Shown here: in pieces, positions 22,726 through 38,171 of the stretch
Layout of the letters: each line of letters opens with the position of its first letter
Numbering within the stretch: position 1 is the stretch's first letter
Assembly: GCF_006345805.1 (NCBI RefSeq)
Contig: NC_043018.1
Location: 26,536,001 to 26,600,000, forward strand
Direction: 5' to 3'
Source of the DNA: Octopus sinensis
Taxonomy: Eukaryota
DNA: 64,000 nucleotides
Made by a program: the position numbers and the translations under genes
Notes under the pieces: generated by a model
What the model saw: the letters and a program-made list of their open reading frames with translations, nothing else
What the model was told of the DNA's origin: nothing
The model's database searches: none

Positions 22726-25360
22726 ATGTATATATTCACATATATATATGTATGTGTATGTATATATGTGTATATATACATATATACACATGCATGCATA
22801 TATATATATTATATTTATATATATATATGTATTTATATGTATTATGTACATATATATATATATACACACATTCACATATATATATATGCAACGTTATGCT
22901 TTAATATATTCATTTACTCTTTGTTGTTATTTAATTAAATATTTAGTTTCATTAACTCACTTCAGTCAACAATAATTATATTTTTACTAAAAATAAAAAC
23001 TTGTGAAATCTTAAGAAACCATTTCTTGAAAATATATATTTTTTTGCGTTTTTGCAGCAGTGACTCAATGCAGTTAAATTTCATAATAAACTGCCCTTTG
23101 TTGTTGGTTGTTTTTTTTAATCCAAAATGTTTGCATTTTTTTTTCTTTGTTATGACTATTTAAGGTTTTGCATAATTCTATGGTTTTTGGTGGGTACTTT
23201 TGCACTTAGTTTACAAAGTTAATACTTGTTGAAAGGATCTTTGTTAAATAATAGAAAAAAAAATCATTTTGCACCATCAGTGTAAACATAAATTGTTGAC
23301 ATCTTTGGCATATAATATTTGTATTTCTTAGTGAATTTAGAAAACTCTTAATTAAATTAGAAATACGGATAATTTCTGTGATGGAGAATATCGCTTGGCT
23401 TTTCTAACATGACAGCAGAAAATAATTTGAAAATTTGAAAATTAAAAATTCTTCTCTGCTACCAAAATTAGTAATATCAGGTGTTTGTTGGTGGTATGGG
23501 TTTCTTGTTATCGGGTTGGTTTGTCTGAGGAAGGAACTGTGCTTAGGGCCTCGTGGCCTGTGCTAGGCCCTCCGAGACCGGTGAAATCAACACAGTTAAA
23601 CTGAAGAACTGAAAACAAAAGTGGCCATAAATAAATGCCATTTCGTTCTGAGCGTCCATGGCTATTATTATCACAGTTACTACCCTCACCCTATCACTCC
23701 CACCACCAGCACTCCACTAGCAGCATCAATAATAACAACAACAACAGTAATACCAACATGACTGTTTTCTGCTGCTGATAATGATAATGGTTATTAAGTA
23801 CCTCTAATTGGGTATATAAAATTATTATATGAGATATGAAGTTTTATAATAAATTATCCTTAAATAACTACCCTTCATAACAAACTTTCTAAAAAAAAAA
23901 AAGAAAAAAAGCTTTATTTATTTAATTGTTTAATTATCTAGTTATATATTGAAAAAAATAAGTTTGTTATGATTTTCTTTTGTGTGTGATTACTGCTGTT
24001 GGAATTTGTATTCATTTGTCGTTAAATTCATTATTAAAATTAATTGGATTTTTAAAAATTCCTTTATTTTTACCTTTGAAACACCCATACACACACACCT
24101 GAAGCTATTGAATTAATGGTGAAAGCAAAAAAAAATAATAAATTAAAGTCACTGGTAGAATAATAATAAATTTTTCAGACACTTTCTTTTGTTCCTACAC
24201 GAGTGAGTAAAAATCACCACTTTCTCAAAAATACGATTGTCTGTTCTGCTGTATGTTGGTGTAAATTCTTCATCTATCTTAAGATATTACACACATTTCA
24301 CTAAATTGTTCCGTTTGACTGTGGCAGTTCTAATCAAGGTTTTGTTAGGCAGGAACTGTTTAATGTTTCTTCATTTGCTGTTGGAATATCATGATTAATT
24401 TTATCTGGGCCCGAGGCTCTTCGTTTTTTTTTTTTTTTCATTTTGGTGGTGTTGTTATTTTGGGGGAATATCTGCATGGGAAGGAATGAAGAAGGTTGTA
24501 TAGTTGATGAAATAGACCCCCATCCTCCTCCCCAGTAATTTATTTTACTGGTACCTATGTTAACAATCACAGATAGATTAAAATGCAAAAATATGTCACA
24601 ATTTAAATACAAAAATATAAAGCATTCCATACAAGGTAGCATGAAGTATCTAGTCTGGTGTTTTTCTACATCTACTGACTAATGTGTTCTAATTTTGTTA
24701 TTTTGAATAATATGCCGAGTAAAAAATAGAATAAGTTTTGATTAGCTGACAATTGCATTTTTTCTGTTTAAACCAGTTTTATACAATCAATAGAATAAAT
24801 GTGATATCAATGCCTTTTATAAACATCTGGAGAAACACCAGCCTCTGGAAGGCAGTTTTCTCTAAGTTTGCCTCAAAATATATTTACGTTATCTCATCAA
24901 TTACATTTTCCAGTGATATTTTCCAAACTTTTAAAGAAAGTTTGGAAGTTATAAATAGTGAAATAAGAAAAGGAAATGAAAAGAAATTAGAGAAATAGAT
25001 TTTTAAACATTTATAAGGAAGATGAAAATAAATAGATAATAAAATGACTTTAATAAATGTTTAATAACTTTTAAACATTTCTAAGCAAAATTAAAAATTA
25101 TAAAACTGTGAAATGCGAAAGTACTTTAATTTTTTCCTTTTGATATACATGAAGAATATTTCTTTCCCTTCTTTAAAATTATAATTACTCTTCCTGTAAT
25201 GTCATCACAGTGAAAATCAATGCAAGTTTCAGTTCAGGGAGAGAAATGACGAATGAATGTTAGTTTGAAGATGGTATCAGAGAAACGGAGAAGAGGTGGT
25301 TGCAATGGATGAGGACTACTGAGAGTGAGGGGTCAGCTTTAGAGCATAAATGATGTTTAA

Positions 25361-25572
25361 CCCTTTAGTATTTAAACTGGCCATATCCGGCCAAAATATT
25401 TAATCTGTTTTATGTTCAAACTGACCAGATCCAGGCTCTCACACCTACCCTACAATGTTATTCTACATTAGGTAATTACACCATCAAGATCTTGAAGATA
25501 TGAGATAATGCATGATTAATTCAAATCAATGTGAATCAATAAGTTTGATAGAATAATCAGAACACTAAAGGG
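25361..25572. mobile_element. piggyBac-type MITE (family B; related copies 46537-47453 and about 53221-53453)
   Basis: TTAA-CCCTTTAGT...ACTAAAGGG-TTAA. Confidence 0.8.
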
Positions 25573-26261
25573 TTAAGTGTAACTAAAGGCTTATTGTCTG
25601 AGATTGATTAAAAAAAAAATTAATAGTTTCAGTTACATATATAGATATACTTACCTCAAAATTATTATATAGAATTCTATAAAGGGAAATTATCTTCTCT
25701 ATCAACAATTCCTACTCTCGTTAGGTACATTCTCTCTGATCATTCTGTTTCTTTCTTGAACATCTCTATTTCTCTACCAAACAAAGAACACAAATTTTTG
25801 GTCCAGCCAGTGATGGAAATTCCACATAATTGTCCAAAATGCTGGAAACATATGCTAATTTACTAATTAGGAAAGGACACACAGGATAATGTAGCCCTAG
25901 GGATGGTCATGACTAGAATGCCTTTGATCATAAGTCTGTTGGTTCAGGGCTGACTTGGGGCTTAGCAACAATGACAACAACATAATCTGCTTCCCTTCTG
26001 TAATTTTCATTATTTGATTTCTGTCTTAGAAAAATTAATTCCTAAACATCTGCCGAAAGGAAAGCAGTAATGAAACAAATTAAAATGTTAGCGATGTTGT
26101 TTTTGTTATGGCGAGAAGCTATATGTGACTTGATGAAAATTATTTTCACTCCATCTGCCTCTCACATCTTGTTTTTATCTCTAGTCTTTCTTGTATTATA
26201 ATTCCAAGGCCTCTAGTTTTTTATTTAAATAAAAAAAAAACTTATTTTCTCTAGTCATTAG

Positions 26262-26299
<38 letters not shown>

Positions 26300-26377
26300 C
26301 CTCTCAATTACAATTCCTATTTCAGAAAATACCATATTCACTCATGCTTTCTTCTTCTTCTTCTTCTTCTTATTCTT

Positions 26378-26413
<36 letters not shown>

Positions 26414-26430
26414 GTTATTGCTATTCTTAT

Positions 26431-26645
26431 TAAGGCAGTGAGCTGGCAGAATTGTTAGCATGCTGTGTGAGATGCTTTGTGGCATTTCGTCTGTCTTTAT
26501 GTTCTGAGTTCAAATTCCGCTGAGGTCAACTTTACCTTTCATCCTTTTTGGGGTTGATAAATTAAGTATCAGTGAAATGCGGGGGTTGATGTAATCAACT
26601 AGCTCCCTCCCCAAAACTTTCGGGCCCTGTGCCTTTAGTAGAAAG
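26431..26645 (+). mobile_element. tRNA-derived SINE inserted in an (ATT)n tract
   Basis: AAGGCAGTGAGCTGGCAGAA...GAGTTCAAATTCCGCTGAGGTCAACTTTACCTTTCATCC. Confidence 0.8.
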
Positions 26646-26659
26646 GATTATTATTATTA

Positions 26660-26694
<35 letters not shown>

Positions 26695-29600
26695 TATTAT
26701 CATCATCATCTGATTCAATTAAATTTCTTATATTGGAATCTTCTTCCTTGTGAAGCTGTGAAGAATATAAATGAGTTAAGGTAGCTAATTAAACAAAATT
26801 ATTTTAAACATAAAATATTGATCTTCTTACAGCAGAATGCTGCTTAAGAATTTATCCCAAAGACATTTGAAGTTATTCAAAGTTACTTACGTTTTCAGAA
26901 TTCTATATTTATACTTCACAGATCTGTTATTTCTGAGCAGAAAAATAAATCTTCCTGTTTTTTTTCTTTAATTAGGACCAAATTTCACACCCACCACCAT
27001 TTTTCTTTTTCTTTTTTTTTTTTTTTCACAAGCATAAACATTAGTTTGTGTCAGTTATTACTATTGGGTACCTCGTTTTTTAATGTCTGCCTTCCATGAT
27101 GTAACTTACCCAAATATATATATATATACAGTATATATATTTGGGTCAGTTTGTATGCTATAGGTAGAAAAGAATCCTGGAGGTTTCCGATAAAGCTTAT
27201 TATCAAAGAGAGAGAGGAAAAATATTTTTTTTGTATTTGTGTTTTTCCTTCTAAATATGAAAACTCTTGCCTCCCTGTGGTACACAAGTTTAACTGAATA
27301 ATTTTTGCAGACAAAAGCTATCTTGTTTCCTTAGGAATTGGTTTTATATGCTAAAGAGCAGAGTTAATCTTTGGACTAAATTGGTACATAAAGACCAATT
27401 TTGATTCCATGTAACCAATATATTTCATGCGGGATATTACTGCTCTTAACAATCTCATTTTCCACTCCCTCACAAGAATTCACAATTTCATGGCCCTTTA
27501 AGAAATTAATATTATCTGCATGAAATATAACATGTAGCAAGGCAGCAAGTTGGCAGAGTCATTAGCACGCCGGGCAAAATGCTGCTAAACATTTTGCTCA
27601 TCTTCACATTCTGAGTTCAAATTTTGCCAAGGTTGACTTTGCCTTTCTTCCTCTCAGGGTTGATAAAAAGAGTACCAGTTGACCACTGGGGTTGATGGAA
27701 TCGATTTCTCCTCTCCCCCAAACTTGCTGGCCTTGTGCCAAAATTTGAAATCAACACAATATGTAAGAAGCATTCATTAGGGTCAAAAGTCGAACATATT
27801 CTAAATGGTATAAGGAATTTATTTTTCAAGATCACAATTTTTTTTGTTTTTGTTATTCTACTTTCATTGAAACAGATTTTATTTTTCTCCTGTAATTCTG
27901 CAACTCAACAGTTCAGCAAAAGAGATTGATAGAATAAGTACCAGGCTTTTAAAAAAATAAGTTCTAGGGTCGGTTTATTCAACTAAATCTTTCAAGGTGG
28001 TGCCCCAGCATGGCCATAGTCCAGTGACAGAAACAAGTAAACAAAATGGTTGAAGATCTTTTTTTTTTTCTCCCAGTCTTATTATTTTATGAAAGTTTAT
28101 CTTCAACAATTTTTTCCTCGGTCCTTGTTTTGTGATACCTACTACTTCACCCCATGATGGTTTCTAACATTCCGTATTGTTTAGTCCCAACCAGGAAATC
28201 TTATGAACATTGGTTTAAATTTTTGTTTGAGTATTTCTTTATACTCTATAACACAGAAAGTACTCTATGATACTCCTTGCTTTACTAAGCTCTTTTTTAA
28301 TGGTGTTCTTAAAAAAAAAATTCTATCTTGGATTGATATTGGATCTTTAATCCCTTTGGTATACATGTGTGTGCGTATGTGCCTCTTCGTTATTATATAA
28401 TTACATTTGGATTAGGTGTAATATTTTCTACCATTACTCAAGAATTTTTGAGCATGTGTTTCATCTTTTGTTTTTAACTGCAAAATTTCAAAAGAAACAT
28501 TGTTACTCTGTGTCTGATTGACTCCGTGGTATAAAGTTGAGGTTGACTTTACATAGTATAATGGTCTCTTTTAGTTCTGTTAAGTCAAAATGGTAGATTG
28601 TTAATTGAAAGCATTCATTTTGCTTGGTTTATTTAGTTTAAGAATTTGGATCATAAAGTTTCTCTTTCGGAGTTCGAAGGCAGTCTGGTATGTCAGCTGA
28701 AATCCAGATCAAACAATGCAATCCTGCCATTGAGGTAAAAATGAGTCGATAAAGAGGTCTTACTTCTGAGAGGAAGCTAAACTCTTTGGACAAAATTCAA
28801 TTTTATGACACCAAACCATCAAACATGGCTGCATGCGACTAAAACCGGGACTTAAAGAACAAATTTAATTCTCTATGTTATAGAATTAGTTAAAACATTT
28901 TCATTGAGGGTATATTATTAGGGGGATGTATGTAAACATTTGAACAGTATATTTTCTCTTTATTTTGTAACAACTTTTAGACATCGGAACTGCAAGGTTC
29001 TGTTATATAAACGTTTAAGTGAAATATTTTGTTTTTACCTGAACAGTTTGGGAGTTGATTTGTAAGGAAAACATTTAAGAGGTGGAAGTTGCACGTGCAT
29101 TTGGACAAATAGCATGATTTGAATATGATGCCATCACCAAATGTGATTATAATCTTCACCAATGTCTAACCTATTAAGTCTATTCCAACTAAAACATTTC
29201 CAACTTTCGGCTAAATTTCTTCTCCCCTCTGACGTTGATGGCACCATTATCAACCTTGCCTATTTACCACTGTGCAGTCTGGTTTAACTTCAACATACTC
29301 TCCTCTTTTTCTGTTTTAACTCAAGTCAACTTCTTCAAGCATTGTTAAATACTATCTGAAGCTCCTCTTTCTGTTTTTTTATGTAATTATTTTTTTAAAT
29401 AATAAAACTAAACTAAGAGGAAAAAGATGGAGTCTTTTCTTTTTCTTTTCTTTAAAAGCTTAAGATTTTCCAACTGAATATTTTTGTACATACAATCTAT
29501 AAATGATTTCTCTCACTTTGTTGTTTACTAATGATTTTTTTCTTGCAAAGTATCAATCCAAAGACTTCAGAAATAAAAGAATATATTAATTTTTTTTTTA

Positions 29601-30693
29601 ATTATTGTAGACTAGACTGTTAATTTATTAAATTCTTTACTATTTATATTCTATCTCATATGTTTCAAACTTTAAATGTATTTTTGTCTTTCAAAAAAGA
29701 AAAAAAAATCTAAATTTCAATTAAGAAACAGTCGCATGGAATCATGTTTCCTTTTTTTCAATGAAACTCATTGAATTAGATGTGAAACTATTTGTCTGCA
29801 TTTGGTAAACTAACTTTGCTGTGGTTTATTCATCCAATATCTAAGACAGTTACATTTTTTTTTTTTCCTCTTTCAACTATAAAACTTGCGCTTTAAAAAA
29901 GAAAAAGAGAAAAATTAAACAAATATTTGAATTGTAAAAGAAAATGTTTTTTTTTTAATTTTTCTTCATTGTCCTTTTTTTTTTAGTATATTTCTCCTTG
30001 AATTTCAGTTCAGACTGAATATCCAAAAAAAAACAAAAAACCTTTCATTTTAAACATAAACCATAGGTCATTACTCTGATTAAAACATGTGCCGGGCACC
30101 TTGGAGTAAAATTCATTTGGCAAACTAAGTCTGTAATTCAGTCATAAATCCCGGCTGGTACCATTTTGCTCCACTAATGGTACTAATGCCTTTGGGATAA
30201 AGATGAAAACATTTGCAATTTCTCTTCCCTTAAACCAACAGGTTTTGTTGCCTGTTTAAGAATACAATTAAACTCCAATTAAATCCAATCTATTCTATTT
30301 AAACATATTACAATATTTTTCTTTTCTTTTTCCTTTCTTTTTTCTTTTTCTTTTTGTTCTACTTCAAGAAATTATTCCATATTGATATTGTCACTAAAGG
30401 AAAAAAAATAACATAAAATAAAATAATGTTATGGTGCAAAAGAAGAATGGACTGTAAAGAAGAAAAGATAAAAATATTATTATTATTTTCATTGTATTTT
30501 CATCAATTTTTGAGAAAAAAAAAACGGTTATTCATTAAATGTTTGTGAATTGAGATTTCTGTTTTTTTAAATTCTCTTGATTAGGTGCATTATAAATGCA
30601 TCTTGTTGAAATCTACTAATAAAGAAAAAAAGTACCAGGATGGACACTGCAGGAAAATGCATAATACTAGATATATATATATATATGTATATA

Positions 30694-30728
<35 letters not shown>

Positions 30729-32577
30729 TAAAATGTTAAAAAAACAATGCAAAATAATATAAACACATTCTCTGAATATGGTTTATTAATTTAATATTTT
30801 GAAAGTGTTTAAAACTCATTAAAAACAAAACAAAAAAAAATAACGAAAATACATGTAAGTTTTAAAAATTTGCATGTAAGTTTGACAAAAGTTTTATTTT
30901 CACGATTTGTACAACTTAGCTATGCATGACATATTTGGGAGCATGAGCGACAGGGTAAGAGATAGAGAGAGAGAGAAGGAAAGAAAATGAGAGAGTGAGA
31001 GCGAGAGAGAGAGAGAATGTGTGTGTGTGTGGATGAGGGAGAGAAAGAGAGAGAAATAGAGAAAGAGGGTTTTCTGTAAGGAAAAATCTATCTTGAAAGA
31101 ATGCAAACTTGCAAACCTTAGAAAAATTAATTAAAATTTAAAATTAAAAAAATATATATATATAGATTACAGCAAAAAAATTCAACAAAAAAAATGAATA
31201 AAACCTATTACTGTTCTATTTCAAGGCGGTTCTCTTTAGAACTTAATAATACTTGACACCTGTTGCTTGTTTTTTTGGATTTTTTTATTGCCCCTTCCAA
31301 CCCACAAATTCTTATTGATGGTGGAGGTGGGGGCAGGGAGGCCAGAGTCTCATTTTTTTTGTTATTTTTGTTGTTGTTGTTGTTGTTTTGTTTTTATTCA
31401 AGTATTTCTTCCGAAAAAATTTTTTTTTCCTCCAGAAGAAAAGAAAAAGAATAAGAAAAAAAAACACTTGTGATTGTTAAGATTTAAAGAGAAAAAAAAG
31501 TAAAGAAGACAACTTCTCCCCCACCCCCAACACCACCATCACCACACCTTAAACACCAGGAAAAAAATGAAAATAAAAAAACAAAATATATATATAAATA
31601 ATAGTAAAATGTTATCAAGAATAAATACGAAAATCAAAATAAAAATAAACAAAAACAACAATTAAAAGAGAAAAGAAAAGTATTAAAAATATTGCTTTTT
31701 TTTTAACAAAAAAGCCTTGGCGGGGGCGGGGATAATTCCTGGGATTTTATTGTTTTTTTGTTTGTTTTTTTTCGGTGTCACTGATTTAAAAAAACAAAAA
31801 GAATATTATTTACATTATTTATACCAGTTTCTGTGTAACTGAAAGTAATCGTTTAAAAATGGTCATTCTTAAAAAAAAATATTCTTTTTTTTTTTTCTAT
31901 GTTGGAATAACATTTCTTTATTGCCTGATTGAAATTGATCTATTATTGATTGGTTATTTGGGTTGATTGATTGATTGATCGATTGATTGGTTGATATACA
32001 TTTTAATTCTTTGTTTTTGTTGTTGTTGTTGTTGTCGTCATTTGTCGTTGTCGTTCTTTTTTCTCACCTTTTATTCCTCTTCGTAACCATTCTCCTCCTC
32101 TTCTTCCTCCACCACCACCACCACCACCCAGACAAAATCCAGCACCATCACCACTCTTACTATCCCTGCCCCACAATCCCCCTTACACCTACCCCTGCTC
32201 TACACAGCTCTAAAATACTTTATTCTCATCTCCCCATCTTCACTACTTCTCCACTGTGGTTAAGTAACAGTTAAAATACTACTACTACTAATAATAATAA
32301 TAATAATAATAATCACTGACTAAATATTTTTTGTTTGGCAAAACAATTTTTGTCTTTGGCAAAAAGATCAATAGAATCAATACTAGGGGTCAATTCATTT
32401 GACTAAAAGTTCTTCAAGGCAATGCCCCAGCGTGGCCACACTCTAATGACTGAAATAGATAAAAGATATAGTTATTTCTTGATGATAGCTTTGTAAGGCT
32501 CATGTATTATGTTAACATTAACTATCTGTTTCACCAATTTTTCCTTTGTATTAAATAGGTTTCCTCTCACCTACTGA

Positions 32578-32578
32578 C

Positions 32579-32664
<86 letters not shown>

Positions 32665-32860
32665 CAGTACAGCTGTCTATCTAGCTATCTGTCTGTCTGC
32701 CTATCTGTTTTCTATAGATCTATGTCTGTACATCTATCTATCTATCTATCTATCTAATCTGTACATGTTTATCTATCTATCTGTCTTTCTTTCCGTCTGT
32801 CTATTTATCTATCTATTCTGTACATCCGTTTATCTATCTATCTGTCTTTCTTTCTGTCTG

Positions 32861-32933
<73 letters not shown>

Positions 32934-32975
32934 TCTGTACATCTGTTTATCTATCTATGTCTATCTATCTATCTT
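32578..32975. repeat. (ATCT)n tetranucleotide satellite
   Basis: Direct reading. Confidence 0.95.
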
Positions 32976-33071
32976 AGCTCATAATTGAATTAATGTATTT
33001 AGCTTTAGAATACTCCCTCCTGTTATATACGTTAATGTTAACATATCTCTTTTCTCACTTTTTCTCTCTCC

Positions 33072-33107
<36 letters not shown>

Positions 33108-36073
33108 CCTCAAGTCACTTCTTGTTAGCTTTATAATACTCCCCTGCTTTGAATTAAACATGTTAACTTATCTCACTGACCACATAATTATCCGTAGTTA
33201 ACATTTTAATGCTTTCTGCATTATTAGCATAATATATGAACGCCAACATAAACCACACCCACAACGGTTGGAAGTTTACGCACCACCAACTCCTCTCCCT
33301 TTCCCTACATGTACCACCACTCCACCACCACCACCATTTCTCTACCCTATCTACTTTTATGTCTGGATCAATTTGTTATTTTTTTTTAATATTTTTTTCA
33401 AGCAGGTATGCTATGCTGTTGGATTGGGTTTAAAAATAATTAAAAAAAAATTTTAAAAAAGATAGAAAGAAGAAAAAAAACAAAAACAAAAAAATAGCAT
33501 CTTTATATTTGCTCTTCTAGCTGTCATGTCTCAATTCATGTGGTTCACATCATGATCTTGGCATGTTTTATATGTCTACATAAACAGTGTTTATATGTGA
33601 ACTTGAGCCTCTAAAACAACAGCTTATATTACATAACAACAATGATGACAATGATAATAATAATAATATTGTCATTATTATTATTGTTATTATTATCATC
33701 ATTATTATTTCAAATTTTCAAAACTTTGAAAACGTTAACAAAAGAAAAAAAAAAGAAGTGAGGAAAATAAGAGAAGAAAAATGTTTTACTAAATTAAATT
33801 GAAATAGACTAAACTAAATACTAAATTGAAACAAGATATATATTACAAATTAAAACTTCAAAAATTAAAAAGCAACCCAAATCATACCAAATTATATGTA
33901 TGTGTGTGTGGATATATACATATGTGTGTGTTTGTATATATATATATAATTATATATATATATGTATATGTATGTGTATATATATATATACACCGGTTGA
34001 AACTGCAAAGACGATCTGGAACTCGACTGAGGATATGAAGCTCTGAATGACCTGTCCTTGTTTTTTTCCTGTCCTTTTCTGTATCGTCTAAGTGTCTGGA
34101 TGCTTTGTTGTCACCTGTTACATTCTTGTTCCATTTTTTTGTTTTATATATATACATCATACTAGACTTAAAACAAACAAGCCATTTACATATTTGAAAG
34201 GATCGATGGACATTTCAAGAATAAATTGTGTAACTTATGTTTTTAATTAGTTGTTTTATTGTTACATATGTTCGTATGTATGTATGTATGTATGTAATAC
34301 ATGTACTATGTATGTTCTGGTGATCTGATGAGCTAGCTTTCTTTATTTGCATTGATTTGTGAATATACAATGGAATTGTATAATGCTGACCATACATATT
34401 AATGCAAACATGGCAGCATAATTTCTTCCACACTGAAGAAGGTTTCAAACTGGCCATTATCTCCTATGGAAGTCATCTGGTTAAATATATATACTCACCT
34501 CTTATGCTTCCTAACTTTTTGTTTATGTTTATATATATATATATATATATATAGGAGTAATAGTGGCTATGTAGTATGTAGTTTGCTTACCAACTACCTG
34601 GTTCCAGGTTCAGTCCCACTGCATGTCAACTTGGGCAAGTGTCTTCCACTAAAACCTCAGGCTGACCAAAGCCTTGTGAGTGGATTTGGTAGACAGAAAG
34701 TGAAAGAAGCCCATCGTGTATATATATATATTATATATATATATATATATCATCATCATACACATTTGTGTGTCTGTGTTTGTCCCCCACCACCATTACT
34801 TGACAACCAATGTTGGTGTGTTTATGTCCCCATAACTTAGCAGTTCAGCAAAAGAGACCGATAGAAAAAGGATGAGGCTTACAAAGAATAAGTCCCGGGG
34901 TCAATTTGTTCGACTAAAGGCGGTGCTCCAGCATAGCCACAGTCAAAATGACTGAAACAAATAAAAGGATAAATGAATATATATATATTGATACACATAC
35001 ACACACACACATGAGTGAGTGGACAATTGAGTGAAAAACGCACTCAACGTGTTTACATAATAAAAGCTACATGTATTATTATTTAAAGCTGTTTCATTCT
35101 GCTCCATGTGACTTAAAGATTTGTTATCTAAACCTAAAAAAGATGGGCTTCTGTTAGAGGCCCATGAAACTTTAAGTCACATAGAACAAAATCAGACTGT
35201 TTTAAATAATAATTATTATTATTATAATACATATATATTTATATGTATATGCTTTAAAATTTTTACAACATGCAGTTATATGAATATTCCCTTAGCATCA
35301 TCAAAGAACTCTTCTGATGATGCTCAGAGAACCTTTATTTAAATTAAATAATAGTAATTATGTTGTAAGAATAATAACTCCATTTATAAAATAATTTATG
35401 TGCATATAATTGTTTGTGTGTGTGTGTTTGTGTATCTCTTATAACATGTCCTTATTTTGGATTGCCTGTTAGTGCACAATGTGAATTACTTGAAAGTGAC
35501 AAAGCTGGCGTATCAACAAAATAACAGGCAACTAGGAGCCTTGTTCTAGAATACTGTGCCGGAGAACATTCCTTTGAGGAAGTGTTCGGATATTCTTATG
35601 TGCAATTCAACGCATCTATTTCTACACTTGTGGATTGTTGTTTACCAGTGTGAAAATAGACATATAAATATCAAAACACCTCTGCAAAACAACACAGTAT
35701 TCTTGAACGATTTAAAACATCAAGAAAATATTAAAAAATACACAGGTTACAATGAGCTGAAAATTTCTGGATTGCAAAAGTACATTTCACTGAGAAGCAG
35801 AACCTTATTCTGAACCACGGTGAAGAGTAACATACATGGAAGTATAACTCTGAACGGTGGACATATACTCATTTCTTTTGTGTAATGTACCTGATTTCAA
35901 CCTATCAATAAGAATACAAATAACCATGTCTCACAAGGAGTTATACGCTCAAAATATTTGTGATTAAAAATTAAAACTTAAACCAGCAAATCAGCAAAGG
36001 GTTTTTTAGGACCCCATCATTTTGTCACTTTGTGCTAAATCACAGCTAACTGTGCCAATCCACTATACGCTAT

Positions 36074-36111
<38 letters not shown>

Positions 36112-36456
36112 TATATATATATATGTGTGTGTGCACACATTGATATCAGATGTTGAGAATGGGGGCTCGACACTGTATTGATGGATAAATATTCTCTATT
36201 TGTGGAATTGCAAGGCTACCATTGGTTTCATACTATCTCTCAATAATTATCCAAGACAGAGATAAGCACCAATGTCCAATGTGGAAGGCTCGATAATTGT
36301 TGAGACATTTCACCCAGCATGATACCATTGGTAGCCTTGTTAACCCTCAAGTAAAGTATATATATATCTACACACACACACATTCTCTTTTATATTAGTT
36401 TCATTTATTATACTGTAGCCATATTGGAGCATTTATGTATGTATATATATATATGT

Positions 36457-36490
<34 letters not shown>

Positions 36491-37057
36491 ATATATATAT
36501 ATGTATATATATATATATACATATGAATATTCAGATGTGTGTGCATGTGTTTATGCACACATGCACACACACAAATGCACGCATGCACACACACACACAA
36601 ATGTACACATACAGAGTGTCATTAAAAAATCAGCAATCATTCAAGTTGCTAAATATATTATCTTCAAACTAATTCATATTTTTGATCATTACATTTGAAT
36701 ATGAATGACGTTTCTGTTTGTTCCTTTTGTTGTTGTTGTTGTATTTTTTGTATATGTGTGCGTGTATTTTTTAACAAAAGCATTGTGGGGCAATAGCATT
36801 TCCACATAGAATATACATACATGCATACACATACACACTCTCTCTCTCTCACACATACACACACACACATACACACATACACACACTAACCTATAAATTT
36901 TTTGCTCTCGGTATTATTTTAAAAGAAAGCAAGGTAAGTACAAGTGGGTATAAAATCACTTTCCATTCTCTATATTTAAAGATTTGGATTAAGCAATATG
37001 TCACGATCATATATATGCATGTGTGTGTGTGTGTATATATATATGTATGTATGTATG

Positions 37058-37099
<42 letters not shown>

Positions 37100-37146
<47 letters not shown>

Positions 37147-38086
37147 ATCGAAAATCAGTTTTGTTCTCTAGTTTCTATTAAAAAGTGCCATTGGGTAGGA
37201 TTTGCAAGAGTTATGGTGTATTATTGGAATCTGTCGGAGTGCCAGAGAAACAGAATAAAGAAAAAGAAAATGTTTTTTGCGGTATTATTTCGTTGCCTTG
37301 CTTCCTCTCTACGTTCACAGTTTGATTCCTTAATGCTTAGACTTAAACCTTAAACCTTCTGTTGTTGACAAAATTTTAAGTGTTGGGTTTTGTGGCAATA
37401 TAATCGTTAGCACCCCGGCGAAATGCTTAGCAGTATTTCACCTGCTGCTATGTTCTGAGTTCAAATTCCGCCGAGGTCGACTTTGCCTTTCATCCTTTCA
37501 GGGGTCGATTAAATAAGTACCAGTTATTCACTGGGGTCGATGTAATCAACTTAATCCCTTTCTTTGTCCTTGTTTACCCTCTCTATGGGCAATAAAGAAA
37601 TAAATATAATGGGTACTTGATATAAATGGGTGGGGGTGATGTTACTGATTGTTCCTCTCTTACATTATTTGACATTTGTTAGAAGTTACCATCACATATA
37701 CAGTAAAGGTGCGTGGCTTAGTGGTTAGGCTGTTGCACTCACGATTGCGAGATCATGGGTTCAATTCCCAGACTGGGTGCTGCGCTGTGTTCTTGAGCAA
37801 AGCACTTCATTTCACGTTGCCCTGCAATCATTTCGACATCTGACATGTGGGCACCCAGTTGCACCTGCACAGGTAATGTCAATCTCATGGAGGGAGTGAG
37901 CTTACGTTTACACAAACATCTGATCACTATAAAACAATCCTCTGTGTGGTTGTTCGGCAAGAATTTTTCAAACCCTCATACATCGTCTAACGATGGGAGA
38001 GTCCATTATGTAAACACACACACACATAAATACATACATTCATACATATATATATATATATACATGCACACATACATATTGCATTC

Positions 38087-38171
<85 letters not shown>

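Noticed and set aside
35440-35960. Possible decayed Penelope GIY-YIG coding remnant (likewise about 4780-5200)
   Set aside because: Only a vague resemblance; no motif could be established without a profile search.
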